A stretch of 64,000 nucleotides of DNA from Bacteroidaceae bacterium (GTDB lineage: Bacteria; Bacteroidota; Bacteroidia; Bacteroidales; Bacteroidaceae). The stretch is taken from positions 102,656 through 166,655 of the forward strand of contig JAFZGA010000005.1 of assembly GCA_017555585.1 (NCBI GenBank), given 5' to 3'. Positions 28,273 through 37,821 of the stretch are shown piece by piece. The position numbers and the translations under genes were made by a program. Under the pieces are notes generated by a model that worked only from the letters and a program-made list of their open reading frames with translations, was not told the DNA's origin and searched no databases. Within the stretch, counting starts at the first letter, position 1; the number at the start of each line of letters is the position of its first letter.

Positions 28273-29258
28273 GTTTCCAACAGTCTCTCAATATCGCTCT
28301 TTAATTTTCTATACGGAGTAGCACCTTTATAATCGGTATTCTTGTTCAGCATCATCGCTACATCGCATTGGCTGTGCCGGTATGATGCAAGCTCATTATT
28401 ATACTGTTGCCTATGATATGCGTAACGCTCTATCTCCTGCTCGCGTCTGTTACGTAACTGCCGGCATACTGGCTGCAGCACGCGCAACGTAACTCCATTC
28501 ATGATGTGATGTCCCTGTATGTATAAATATGTCTCGTCGGGGTGAATTCCAAGTTGCTTGAGTTCTTGTTTTAGATTTTCGCACTCCTTTATCAGTTCAG
28601 GGAACTGCTTCTCCAACAGCTCTATGTTGTGGCTTACCCGGTTGCCGAGTTGTTGTAGTGAATATGCAGGGTTGTCTGTGGTGAATGATGTCAGCCGTAC
28701 TATATCGCAGAATTTGAGTATGCTCATTGTCTTGGTGTCGTGCTTGCGGTATAGCAGAATGTTCCATGCAAATAACGGGTAGCATATCTTCGAGTATAAC
28801 TTGAAGAACTCTTTGATATCTATTACATTGCTGTCGTTCTGAGTGCATAGTACGCACACCTGTTTCAGACTGTCGGCATAGCAGCGGTAGTTCTCTATGG
28901 AGTATGCGTATGTATGCAGGATGAACTTGTTTTCCAGCATCTGTCGTGATGTTGCTGTAGCACCTTGCAACAGGTAGTCGTAGTCGCTGTCTACACATGC
29001 TATCATGTTACGGCCGTATGCCTTGCCGAGCATATTCATCATTGCCTGCTTCTTGCCTTTGGTGAGCTTGGTGCGTGCAGGAAGCATTATCTCGAAGTGT
29101 ATCCTGTTGCTCTCGTATTCGTTGAACACCGACCGCCAAAAAGATATGTCATCATAGCTCTCTACATATGCTATGATGCGTTGTGCAGCTCTCTTTGGGC
29201 GTAATGCATTGGCCGCCTCTATGAAATTTGAGTTGAGATATTCAGCAAGCCTTTTCAT
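28263..29258 (-). CDS. DUF4435 / TOPRIM-like protein (AriB-like candidate effector)
   Basis: 331 aa with the motif order IIAYVESYDDISFW (acidic Glu), IACVDSDYDYLL (DxD) and HTYAYSIENY, as I remember for DUF4435. The C-terminal half is helical. Confidence 0.6.
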   Translation of the reverse strand: MKRLAEYLNSNFIEAANALRPKRAAQRIIAYVESYDDISFWRSVFNEYESNRIHFEIMLPARTKLTKGKKQAMMNMLGKAYGRNMIACVDSDYDYLLQGATATSRQMLENKFILHTYAYSIENYRCYADSLKQVCVLCTQNDSNVIDIKEFFKLYSKICYPLFAWNILLYRKHDTKTMSILKFCDIVRLTSFTTDNPAYSLQQLGNRVSHNIELLEKQFPELIKECENLKQELKQLGIHPDETYLYIQGHHIMNGVTLRVLQPVCRQLRNRREQEIERYAYHRQQYNNELASYRHSQCDVAMMLNKNTDYKGATPYRKLKSDIERLLETIE

Positions 29259-29346
29259 ATCTCATTTGTTGGTGTGCTTGTAAGTATAAAATGCCAAAGC
29301 CGGTCTTTGGGGCTACGTTGAATCTGATTCGTTCTGCAGATTTGTA

Positions 29347-30171
29347 TTATTTCGTGATATCCTCCATTTCGGTCACAGCGTCCAGCCATCCGTCCATTAT
29401 TATTGCCGGTGAGTGGGTACACAGGATAATCTGTGTGTTGGGGTTAAGTGTTCGAACAAGGGTTATGAGCCGTTGCTGCCACTCTATATGCAGTGATATT
29501 TCGGGCTCGTCCATGAGCATCACGCCGGGGCGGTTCTCCTGAACAAGTGCAGTGAGCAGTATCACAAGCATCTGTTTCTCTCCCGATGAGAGTACATAAG
29601 GTGATATTGTCTCTCCGTATTGGTGGAAGAATATCTCGTTGCTGTCGCGTGCTATTGTCTTTGCCGTAGGAGCAAACAGTTCGTCGACGAGGTCCTGGAA
29701 CTGTTTCTTGGGCTTTGTCAGCTCTGTGGCAAGCCTCTGGTCGTCGGGGTTTCCCGATGTGAGCAGGGATATGATGCGGTTGCCGATGTTCACCTGATAG
29801 TTGAGATATCGGCGTTGCAGGTTATAGAGCTGCCAGTCGAGCTCTGTGCGTATGTCGGCACCGGGAATCTTGTCGAGCATGTCGCTGTTAAGGATAGGGC
29901 GGTCTATGCTGCTTATCACATCAAAATGTATGCCTGTGGCATCTTCGGGATAGAATCTTACATGTACTCCGTCCTCGGGGTTTGTGGTGATAAGTCCTTT
30001 GCGCATGACCTTGAGGTGGCGTGCCGAACGGTTTATGATGGTGCTTTTGCCTACACCGTTGCTGCCGCTCAGTATGTTCACGTCGGGGCGCAGTTCCCAA
30101 TAGATATGCTTGCGGTTACTCCACAAGGAATCAATCTCAATGCTTTTTATGTATTGTGCCATCTTCTCCAT
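29347..30171 (-). CDS. compact soluble ABC/SMC-type ATPase (AAA_15/21-like; AriA-like candidate)
   Basis: It has Walker A LSGSNGVGKST, signature-like LSSGEKQ, Walker B VMLMDEPEISLH and H-loop CTHSP, with no TM segments. The start is ambiguous (ATG at 30219, 30171 or 30162). MEKMAQYIKSIEI fits the usual N-terminus of this family. Confidence 0.75.
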   Translation of the reverse strand: MEKMAQYIKSIEIDSLWSNRKHIYWELRPDVNILSGSNGVGKSTIINRSARHLKVMRKGLITTNPEDGVHVRFYPEDATGIHFDVISSIDRPILNSDMLDKIPGADIRTELDWQLYNLQRRYLNYQVNIGNRIISLLTSGNPDDQRLATELTKPKKQFQDLVDELFAPTAKTIARDSNEIFFHQYGETISPYVLSSGEKQMLVILLTALVQENRPGVMLMDEPEISLHIEWQQRLITLVRTLNPNTQIILCTHSPAIIMDGWLDAVTEMEDITK

Positions 30172-30332
30172 AAGCGGTGCGTTTGTTGCAAATGTAATAC
30201 AATGTTTGTCTAATATCAAGTATGTTACAACCTATTTGATTTAAAAATAGTGAAAATTCTTGATTTGCTGTAATTTGTTTTTATCTTCGCATAGGAATAA
30301 GTTCCATTTGCATTTAATTTAACAACATCGTT

Positions 30333-31976
30333 ATGGTACACATTTATTGCTTGAACAATGGCGTTACAAAAGATTTTCCGATAGGAACATCGTTGCGCGA
30401 AATTTACGACGGTCTCGGACTTGACATGCCATACGGCCCCATTGCGGCAAGGGTGAACAATCGTACACACGGATTGGCCCTGAGGATATACCGCCACAAG
30501 GATGTGGAGTTCATCGACATTACCACCGATGACGGTATGCGCATGTATGTGCGTTCATTGACCTTTATCTTCATGAAAGCCATGAACGAACTTTTCCCGG
30601 GCGAGATCGTACGCTTCGAGAATGCCATTTCCAAAGGCTATTACTGCAGGATGGATTGTGCCATAAGCGAAGAACAGGTGGCAATCGTCCGTGAAAAGAT
30701 GCAGCTCATAATAAACAGCGATATACCGTTCAAGCGCATAGAGTGCCACACCGATGAGGCTATTGAACTGTTCCGCAAGGTGGGGCGTATGGACAAGGTG
30801 AAACTTCTTGAGACGTACGACAGGCTGTATACAAGCTATTACGAGCTTGACGGCTATATCGACAGCTATTATCAGGGGCTTGTACCAAGTACCGGTTATA
30901 TAAGCCTGTTCGAAATAGAGAAGTTTGCCGACGGTGTTCTTCTGCGTGTCCCCAACAAGGAGTGTCCTACAGAACTTGAGGATAAGGTTCCGCAGGATAA
31001 ATTGCAGGATCTGTTCGAGGAGCGTCTCGCATGGCATCAGAAGATGGGTGTTGAAACCATCGGTGAATTCAACAAAGGTGTCCGTTCCGGATATGGTGTT
31101 GATCTCGTGAATGTGTCAGAGGTACTTCAGGAACGTCTCCTCTCGAAGATTGCCGATGATATCCAGGCACGTGGCTCACGGGTGGTGCTTATTGCCGGTC
31201 CTTCATCATCGGGAAAGACTACCTTCAGCAAACGTCTTAGTGTGCAGCTGCTTGCATGCGGCTTGCGTCCCTATGCCATATCTCTTGACGATTTCTTTGT
31301 GAACCGCACACATACACCGCGCAAACCCGACGGTGACTACGATTTCGAGTCGTTGTATTCGATAGATCTGCCATATTTCAATGACTCTCTGACAAAGATC
31401 CTTGCCGGCGAGGAGGTTGAATTGCCGTACTACAATTTCATAAGCGGTGAACGCGAATATAGAGGAAACAAACTGAAACTTACTCCGCAGATGGTACTTG
31501 TGATAGAGGGTACACATGCCCTGAATCCTCAGCTCACCTCTCAGGTTCCCGACAGCGCGAAGTTCCGTGTGTACGTTTCGGCCCTTACATCGATAAAGCT
31601 CGATTACCACAACTATATATCAACGTCGGATAACCGTCTGTTGCGCCGTATGCTACGCGATGCAAAATATCGTGGTTACTCGGCTGTGGAGACAATCCAA
31701 CGATGGCCCGATGTGCGCAAAGGCGAGGAGGAGTGGATATTCCCTTATCAGGAGAATGCCGATGTCATGTTCAATTCATCACATTTCTATGAACTTGCGG
31801 TGCTCAGGACACATGCCGAACCAATATTGCGTGCTGTTCCGCAGAATATAAAAGAGTATTCCGAGGCAAGAAGACTTTTGCATTTATTGGAATATGTAGT
31901 ACCTTTGCAGGACAATGAACTGCCTCCTACATCAGTGGTACGCGAATTCCTCGGAGGAAGTAGCTTCAAGTATTGA
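30333..31976 (+). CDS. uridine kinase/PRK-family nucleoside kinase fused to an N-terminal TGS/ThrRS-N-like region
   Basis: 547 aa with the P-loop IAGPSSSGKTTF in the C-terminal half, plus ISLDDFF, IEGTHALNP and RMLRDAKYRG. Confidence 0.7.
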   Translation: MVHIYCLNNGVTKDFPIGTSLREIYDGLGLDMPYGPIAARVNNRTHGLALRIYRHKDVEFIDITTDDGMRMYVRSLTFIFMKAMNELFPGEIVRFENAISKGYYCRMDCAISEEQVAIVREKMQLIINSDIPFKRIECHTDEAIELFRKVGRMDKVKLLETYDRLYTSYYELDGYIDSYYQGLVPSTGYISLFEIEKFADGVLLRVPNKECPTELEDKVPQDKLQDLFEERLAWHQKMGVETIGEFNKGVRSGYGVDLVNVSEVLQERLLSKIADDIQARGSRVVLIAGPSSSGKTTFSKRLSVQLLACGLRPYAISLDDFFVNRTHTPRKPDGDYDFESLYSIDLPYFNDSLTKILAGEEVELPYYNFISGEREYRGNKLKLTPQMVLVIEGTHALNPQLTSQVPDSAKFRVYVSALTSIKLDYHNYISTSDNRLLRRMLRDAKYRGYSAVETIQRWPDVRKGEEEWIFPYQENADVMFNSSHFYELAVLRTHAEPILRAVPQNIKEYSEARRLLHLLEYVVPLQDNELPPTSVVREFLGGSSFKY

Positions 31977-31988
31977 TATATATCCTGA

Positions 31989-33419
31989 ATGGCAAACAAC
32001 ACCTTTTCACAAACACAGAAACATGAACAGACCTTGACGCAGACGCTGTCGCCGCAGCAACTGCTTACTGTTCAGCTCCTCGAACTCACTACCATGGAGA
32101 TTGAGGATAGGGTGCGTAGTGAGGTTATGGACAATCCGGCCTTAGAGGTGGTTGATGGTGATGATATATCAGGCGAAAGCAATACACCTGATGATGTCAT
32201 GTCCGAAATCTCGAACGATGGTGATGATGATTACAGCGGTAACGGCGAAATTCCTGTGTTCAGCGGCTATGGTCATGGTACGGATTATGCCATAGGCGAT
32301 TCGATGTCGTTCGGTGATACGTTGCTTGAGCAGCTTGGCGAATTGCGTCTCACTCCGCAAGAAAAGAGTATAGGGGAATATATCATAGGATCGCTTGATG
32401 AGGACGGTTTCTTGCGCAAGGATATTTCGGAGATTGAGGACGAACTGCTGATATACGGCAATGTGATGACCGACATGCAGCAGATTCTCGGAATTCTTGA
32501 ACTTATTCAGGGTTTCGAACCAGCCGGTATAGCGGCAAGGACTCTTCAGGAGTCTTTGATGATACAGCTTGAACGTATTGATAACGGCAAGGATATGACA
32601 TTGCAGAAACGTATTGTCGGTGAATTCTATGAAGATTTTGCGGCAAAGCGATGGGAACAATTGGCAGATAGGCTGGGTGTTGACAAGGAAGTGTGCCGCA
32701 CGGCTATTGCCGATATCGTGCGTCTGAATCCGCGTCCTGGTGCTTCGTTGAGTGAGAATGTGGGTTTCAGCCGCCAGCAGATAATTCCGGATTTCGTGCT
32801 TGATGTGGTGGATGACAATGTGTATGTGTCATTGAATAATTTCCATGTTCCCGAATTGAGGGTATGCGACGAATATGTGCAGATGCTTGATGATCAACTT
32901 GCCAGCGGAAATCAGGAGCAGAAAGCTGCCGCAACGTTCCTTAAACAGAAAATTGACTCGGCAAAAGGTTTCATAAGCGCAGTTCAGCAGCGCGAGAACA
33001 CCATGCTCGCCACAATGCGTGCCATTGTAGCGAAGCAGAAGGAGTACTTTATCAACGGTGGTGATGAGGCCTATCTCAAGCCGATGATTCTTGAGGATAT
33101 TGCAAAGATGACCGGCTTTGACATCTCTACAATTTCGCGTGTGAGCAACAGCAAGTATGTGCAGACTCCTTGGAATGTCTCTCCGTTGAAATATTTCTTC
33201 AGCGATGGTGTAGTGAAGGACGACGGAACGGAGCAGTCGGTATATGAGCTCTTTGCTGTAATAAAGGAACTTGTTGATGGTGAGGATAAAAACTGCCCGT
33301 TGACCGACCAGGTGCTGCAGGAGAAACTTGCAGAGCGTGGCTACAGCGTTGCGCGCCGTACAGTGGCCAAATATCGCGAACAGCTACATATCCCGGTTGC
33401 AAGGTTGAGGAAATCGTGA
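31989..33419 (+). CDS. rpoN: RNA polymerase sigma-54 factor
   Basis: 476 aa with a Q-rich N-terminus, an acidic region, an HTH and the RpoN box ARRTVAKYR. Confidence 0.95.
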   Translation: MANNTFSQTQKHEQTLTQTLSPQQLLTVQLLELTTMEIEDRVRSEVMDNPALEVVDGDDISGESNTPDDVMSEISNDGDDDYSGNGEIPVFSGYGHGTDYAIGDSMSFGDTLLEQLGELRLTPQEKSIGEYIIGSLDEDGFLRKDISEIEDELLIYGNVMTDMQQILGILELIQGFEPAGIAARTLQESLMIQLERIDNGKDMTLQKRIVGEFYEDFAAKRWEQLADRLGVDKEVCRTAIADIVRLNPRPGASLSENVGFSRQQIIPDFVLDVVDDNVYVSLNNFHVPELRVCDEYVQMLDDQLASGNQEQKAAATFLKQKIDSAKGFISAVQQRENTMLATMRAIVAKQKEYFINGGDEAYLKPMILEDIAKMTGFDISTISRVSNSKYVQTPWNVSPLKYFFSDGVVKDDGTEQSVYELFAVIKELVDGEDKNCPLTDQVLQEKLAERGYSVARRTVAKYREQLHIPVARLRKS

Positions 33420-33469
33420 AAAGCTGTTTTAAATAGTCCGTAATCTTTGTTCGTTTAAGAAAATAGCTA

Positions 33470-33477
33470 TAAATTTG
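33470..33477 (+). promoter_or_regulatory. -7 box (TAAATTTG) for fbp
   Basis: An exact TAnnTTTG match about 65 nt upstream of the fbp ATG. Confidence 0.4.
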
Positions 33478-33542
33478 CGATAATACCTTAAGAAGGTATA
33501 TCGTATCCCAAAATGACGTTACTGATATAAAATAATTGAGTC

Positions 33543-35534
33543 ATGTCAAAACAAAAAGTAACAATTGAAGAGGTAAAGGAAGACCTCAGATATCTGCGTT
33601 TGCTTGCACGTGATTTCCCTACAGTGTCAAGCGTGACAACCGAGATCATCAATCTTGAGGCGATACTCCATTTGCCAAAGCCGACAGAACATTTTCTTGC
33701 CGACATACACGGCGAACACGAAGCTTTCCAGCATATCTTGCGCAATGCTTCGGGTAATATCAAACGTAAGGTAAACGATTTGTTCGGTGATGCAATAAGC
33801 GAGGAAGCAAAGAAAGACCTCTGTACGCTCATTTACTATCCTGAGGAGAAATTGAAACTGGTGCGCCAGTCGGGTGTTGATCTGGGAAATTACTATTCGG
33901 AGTCATTGAACCGTCTGATAGTGGTGTGCCGTGACGTATCATCAAAATATACACGTTCAAAGGTGCGCAAGAGCCTGCCCGAAGAGTATGCATACATCAT
34001 AGAGGAGTTGATGCACGAGGCAAAGGATTTCCAGAACAAACAGGCATATTTCAATGTAATTATCGATACGATAATAGGTACAGGCCGTGCCGATCACTTC
34101 ATCACTGCATTGTGCTATCTTATACAGCGTCTTGTAATTGACCGCTTGCATATCCTTGGCGATATCTTCGACCGTGGTCCCGGTGCGCATCATATAATGG
34201 ATGCCCTTTGTGAATATCACCATCTTGACATTACTTGGGGTAACCACGATGTCTTGTGGATGGGTGCGGCTGCAGGAAACACATGCTGTATTGCAAGCGT
34301 GTTGCGCTTGTCGTTGCGCGATGCCAATATGAGAACCCTTGAGGATGGCTATGCAATCAATATGGTTCCGTTGGCAACATTTGCTATGGAGCAGTATGCC
34401 GATGACCCGTGCGAGATATATCAGCCACGCGTCGATGAGGAACGTACCAATTTTACCGAAAAGGATGTGCGTCTTATAGCACAGATGCATAAGGCAATAT
34501 CTGTCATAGAATTCAAACTGTCAGGTCAGATAGCTATGCAGCATCCCGAATGGAATATGATGGACCGTTGTCTGATGGAAGGCATAAACAAGGAAAAGGG
34601 TGTGATTGTCATCGAAGGCAAGGAATATGAGATGAAGGACAAGTTGTGGCCTACACTCGACCCGGCCAATCCATACGCCCTTACTCCTGAAGAGCAGGAT
34701 GTCATTGACCGTCTACGCCACTCGTTTATGCGCAGTGAGCGTCTGCAGACCCACGTCAATTGTCTGCTCATGCGTGGTGGTATGTATATGATATACAATT
34801 CGAACTTGATGTTCCATGCTGCTGTTCCCATAAATGAAGACGGTTCTATGCGCGAAGTTGTATTTGACGGTGTTCCTGTAAAGGGTAAGGAGCTTCTGAA
34901 AAAGGTGGAGCGTATGGCACGTACAGCGTTCGACAACGATGTCGACATAGAGGTACGCAACAAATATGCCGATTTCTTCTGGTATCTGTGGTGCGGTCCA
35001 GAGTCGCCGTTGTTCGGTAAGGCAAGAATGGCAACATTCGAGCGTTATCTGCTCGACGATAAGGAGGTTCAGAAAGAGCCTAAAGGCTGGTACTACATAC
35101 TGCGCGACAACGCAGAGGTGTGCGACAAGATATTGGATGAGTTTGGTGTAAAGGGCAATCATCGCCATATCATTAACGGTCACGTTCCCGTGCGTGTTGG
35201 CAAGGGCGAGACTCCGATAAAGGCCGACGGTCGCCTGATGGTCATCGACGGTGGTTTCTCAAAGATATACCACAACCGTACCGGCATCGCAGGATATACT
35301 CTCGTTTACCATAGCCGTGGCTTCGAACTTGTGCAATTGACTCCGTTTACATCAACTGAGGAGGCTATCATTAACGGAACAGATATTGACGGTACGATAA
35401 ATATCGTCGAGATGGTAGGAGAGCGCGAAAAGGTACGTGATACCGATATCGGTCGAGGAATTATGATAAAGATTGCCGACCTTGAGCGTCTGTTGTATGC
35501 ATACCGCAAAGGTGTGATAAAGGAGCGACCATAA
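33543..35534 (+). CDS. fbp: fructose-1,6-bisphosphatase, class 3
   Basis: 663 aa with metallophosphoesterase motifs ADIHGEHEAF, GDIFDRGP and WGNHD. The length is typical of class-3 FBPase. Confidence 0.9.
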   Translation: MSKQKVTIEEVKEDLRYLRLLARDFPTVSSVTTEIINLEAILHLPKPTEHFLADIHGEHEAFQHILRNASGNIKRKVNDLFGDAISEEAKKDLCTLIYYPEEKLKLVRQSGVDLGNYYSESLNRLIVVCRDVSSKYTRSKVRKSLPEEYAYIIEELMHEAKDFQNKQAYFNVIIDTIIGTGRADHFITALCYLIQRLVIDRLHILGDIFDRGPGAHHIMDALCEYHHLDITWGNHDVLWMGAAAGNTCCIASVLRLSLRDANMRTLEDGYAINMVPLATFAMEQYADDPCEIYQPRVDEERTNFTEKDVRLIAQMHKAISVIEFKLSGQIAMQHPEWNMMDRCLMEGINKEKGVIVIEGKEYEMKDKLWPTLDPANPYALTPEEQDVIDRLRHSFMRSERLQTHVNCLLMRGGMYMIYNSNLMFHAAVPINEDGSMREVVFDGVPVKGKELLKKVERMARTAFDNDVDIEVRNKYADFFWYLWCGPESPLFGKARMATFERYLLDDKEVQKEPKGWYYILRDNAEVCDKILDEFGVKGNHRHIINGHVPVRVGKGETPIKADGRLMVIDGGFSKIYHNRTGIAGYTLVYHSRGFELVQLTPFTSTEEAIINGTDIDGTINIVEMVGEREKVRDTDIGRGIMIKIADLERLLYAYRKGVIKERP

Positions 35535-35565
35535 TAATCTTGAACATAAAATTAAAACTGAATAT

Positions 35566-36072
35566 ATGAAAGCAATTGTAAGTGTTATAATGGGAAGTAC
35601 ATCGGACCTTCCCGTAATGAAGAAAGCAACAGATTTCCTTAACGAGATGCAGGTTCCTTTCGAGGTTAACGCACTCTCGGCACACCGTACACCCGAAGCT
35701 GTTGAGGCTTTCTCAAAGGGTGCCAAGGAGCGTGGAGTAAAGATCATCATTGCCGCTGCAGGTATGGCTGCGCATTTGCCTGGTGTCATAGCGGCAAGTA
35801 CAACACTGCCTGTAATAGGTGTGCCCATCAACAGCACTCTTGACGGTATGGATGCTCTGCTCGCTATCGTTCAGATGCCTCCGGGTATTCCTGTGGCTAC
35901 AGTTGGAGTCAATGCTTCGTTGAATGCTGCTATCCTGGCTGTTGAAATGCTTTCACTTGCCGATGAGGCTCTTGCTGCACGCTTGGCTGAATATAAAGAG
36001 AATCTTAAGAAGAAGATCGAAAAGGCCAACGAGGATTTGAAAGAATTGAAATATGAGTACAAGACAAATTGA
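35566..36072 (+). CDS. purE: 5-(carboxyamino)imidazole ribonucleotide mutase
   Basis: 168 aa with IMGSTSDLPVM, SAHRTP and AAGMAAHLPGV. Confidence 0.9.
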   Translation: MKAIVSVIMGSTSDLPVMKKATDFLNEMQVPFEVNALSAHRTPEAVEAFSKGAKERGVKIIIAAAGMAAHLPGVIAASTTLPVIGVPINSTLDGMDALLAIVQMPPGIPVATVGVNASLNAAILAVEMLSLADEALAARLAEYKENLKKKIEKANEDLKELKYEYKTN

Positions 36073-37783
36073 TGTTGATCTGTTCAATTACACTCGTCGT
36101 GCAACTGTAGAAGTCAATGTCGGCGGTGTGAAGATAGGAAACGGACACTCTGTCAAGGTGCAGTCGATGACCAATACCGGTACGATGGATACTGAGGGCA
36201 GTGTGGAACAGGTTATACGTATCGTGGACAAGGGAGGTGAGCTTGTGCGTCTGACAACACAGGGTAACCGCGAAGCCGTGAATCTTGGCAACATAAAGCA
36301 ACAGCTCGTTGCACGCGGCTACAGAGTGCCTCTTGTTGCCGATGTCCATTTCAATGCATCTGTTGCCGATACTGCAACCAAGTATGCCGACAAGGTGCGT
36401 GTAAATCCTGGAAACTATGTGGACACTGCACGTACATTCAAACATATTGATTACACTGACGCTGAATATGCCGACGAGTTGAAACGTCTGAGAGAGCGTT
36501 TTGTGGCATTCCTCAACCTTTGCAAAGCCGAAGGAAAGGCAGTGCGCGTAGGAGTCAATCATGGCTCTTTGAGCGACCGCATCATGAGCCGATACGGTGA
36601 TACTCCGTCGGGTGTGGTGGAATCGTGCATGGAGTTTCTTCGTATATGTCGCGATGAGGATTTCAAGGACGTTGTTGTTTCAATCAAGACCAGCAACACG
36701 TCAATGATGGTAACTACAGTGCGACGTCTTGTGCGTGTGATGGCGGAGGAGGGTATTTCCTATCCTCTTCATCTTGGTGTTACCGAAGCCGGTGATGCCG
36801 AGGATGGTCGCATAAAGAGTGCTGTAGGTATCGGTGCTTTGCTTGCCGACGGTGTAGGCGACACCCTGCGTGTCTCGCTCGCAGAGGCTCCTGAGAACGA
36901 GATTCCTGTTGCAAAGGAGCTTGTTGACTATATAACAGACCGTGCAGGGCATGCAGCTATAGAGGCTAAGGCTTACGAGGGTTTCGACTATGAAGAACCT
37001 CTCCGTCGTGCAACTGTTGCTGTAGGTATTGTCGGTGGCGAGAATGTACCGGTAGTTATTGGCGGTGTTACCGATGATACTGATGTCAAGGCCGATTTCC
37101 TTGCTTCTGATATTGACTTGCAAAGAGTCGATGCTGCCAATGACGGAGCTTTCGTAGGGATAACTCTTGGTGATTTGACTGTAGAGAATATCGAAAAGAT
37201 AAAGTCGTTGAAGGATGTTGTACTTGTTGCTTCATCGTCGCATGCCAATCCTGTAGGCGAGTTGAGAGCTGTTGTACATGCTCTTGTCAATAATGGTATT
37301 TCTGCTCCGGTAATCATGCGTCGTTCATACAATGAGGAGTCTGTTGAGACTCTGCGCCTTAAGGCGGCTGCAGATTTGGGAGTGTTGCTTATAGATGGTA
37401 TAGCCGATGGTTTGTGGTTGGAAAGCAACGTTGGTACAGCTACCGAAATAAATTCTATAGCATTCGGCATTTTGCAGGCGACACGTGCGCGTATAAGCAA
37501 GACTGAGTATATCGCATGTCCCGGTTGCGGACGTACAATGTACGACCTTCAGGGCACACTTGCACGTATCAAGGCTGCTACAGCACATCTTAAAGGTCTT
37601 AAGATTGGTGTTATGGGTTGTATTGTCAACGGCCCGGGTGAGATGGCTGATGCCGATTACGGATATGTAGGTGCAGCACGTGGCAAGGTTTCGCTCTACC
37701 GCAAAAAGGAATGCGTAGAGAAGAACATCCCCGAAGAGGAAGCTATCGAAAAGCTCCTACAATTGATAGAGAATGATAAATGA
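36053..37783 (+). CDS. ispG: 4-hydroxy-3-methylbut-2-enyl diphosphate synthase, long form with inserted domain
   Basis: 576 aa. The TIM-barrel part has PLVADVHF and VRVNPGN, followed by a ~250-aa insert. The C-terminal Fe-S ligands are IACPGCGRT and GCIVNGPGE. Confidence 0.9.
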   Translation: MSTRQIDVDLFNYTRRATVEVNVGGVKIGNGHSVKVQSMTNTGTMDTEGSVEQVIRIVDKGGELVRLTTQGNREAVNLGNIKQQLVARGYRVPLVADVHFNASVADTATKYADKVRVNPGNYVDTARTFKHIDYTDAEYADELKRLRERFVAFLNLCKAEGKAVRVGVNHGSLSDRIMSRYGDTPSGVVESCMEFLRICRDEDFKDVVVSIKTSNTSMMVTTVRRLVRVMAEEGISYPLHLGVTEAGDAEDGRIKSAVGIGALLADGVGDTLRVSLAEAPENEIPVAKELVDYITDRAGHAAIEAKAYEGFDYEEPLRRATVAVGIVGGENVPVVIGGVTDDTDVKADFLASDIDLQRVDAANDGAFVGITLGDLTVENIEKIKSLKDVVLVASSSHANPVGELRAVVHALVNNGISAPVIMRRSYNEESVETLRLKAAADLGVLLIDGIADGLWLESNVGTATEINSIAFGILQATRARISKTEYIACPGCGRTMYDLQGTLARIKAATAHLKGLKIGVMGCIVNGPGEMADADYGYVGAARGKVSLYRKKECVEKNIPEEEAIEKLLQLIENDK

Positions 37784-37788
37784 TAAAT

Positions 37789-37821
37789 ATATTGATGGTG
37801 ACCAAAAGTCACCATCAATAT
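37789..37821. terminator. bidirectional hairpin terminator (ispG / topB)
   Basis: atattgatggtgac-caaaa-gtcaccatcaatat forms a perfect 14-bp stem between convergent genes. Confidence 0.7.

Noticed and set aside
28263-30219. A compositional (GC) anomaly as evidence that the cassette was horizontally acquired.
   Set aside because: Hand counts of single 100-nt samples gave about 41% in the DUF4435-like gene, about 49% in the ATPase gene and about 54% in trkH. This is inconsistent within the cassette and far too small a sample. It needs a proper sliding-window GC and codon-usage calculation.
28018-30263. A 10-nt direct repeat AAATTCTTGA (28018..28027 and 30254..30263) flanking the orphan ORF and the ATPase/DUF4435 cassette, considered as a possible target-site duplication.
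   Set aside because: It is a single short AT-rich 10-mer. No integrase or inverted terminal repeats are present, and chance cannot be excluded by eye. I noted it only as something to look at when comparing empty sites.
30225-30497. A 90-aa minus-strand ORF spanning the divergent promoter region and the udk-like start.
   Set aside because: It overlaps the well-supported plus-strand gene and an AT-rich promoter. It has no motifs.
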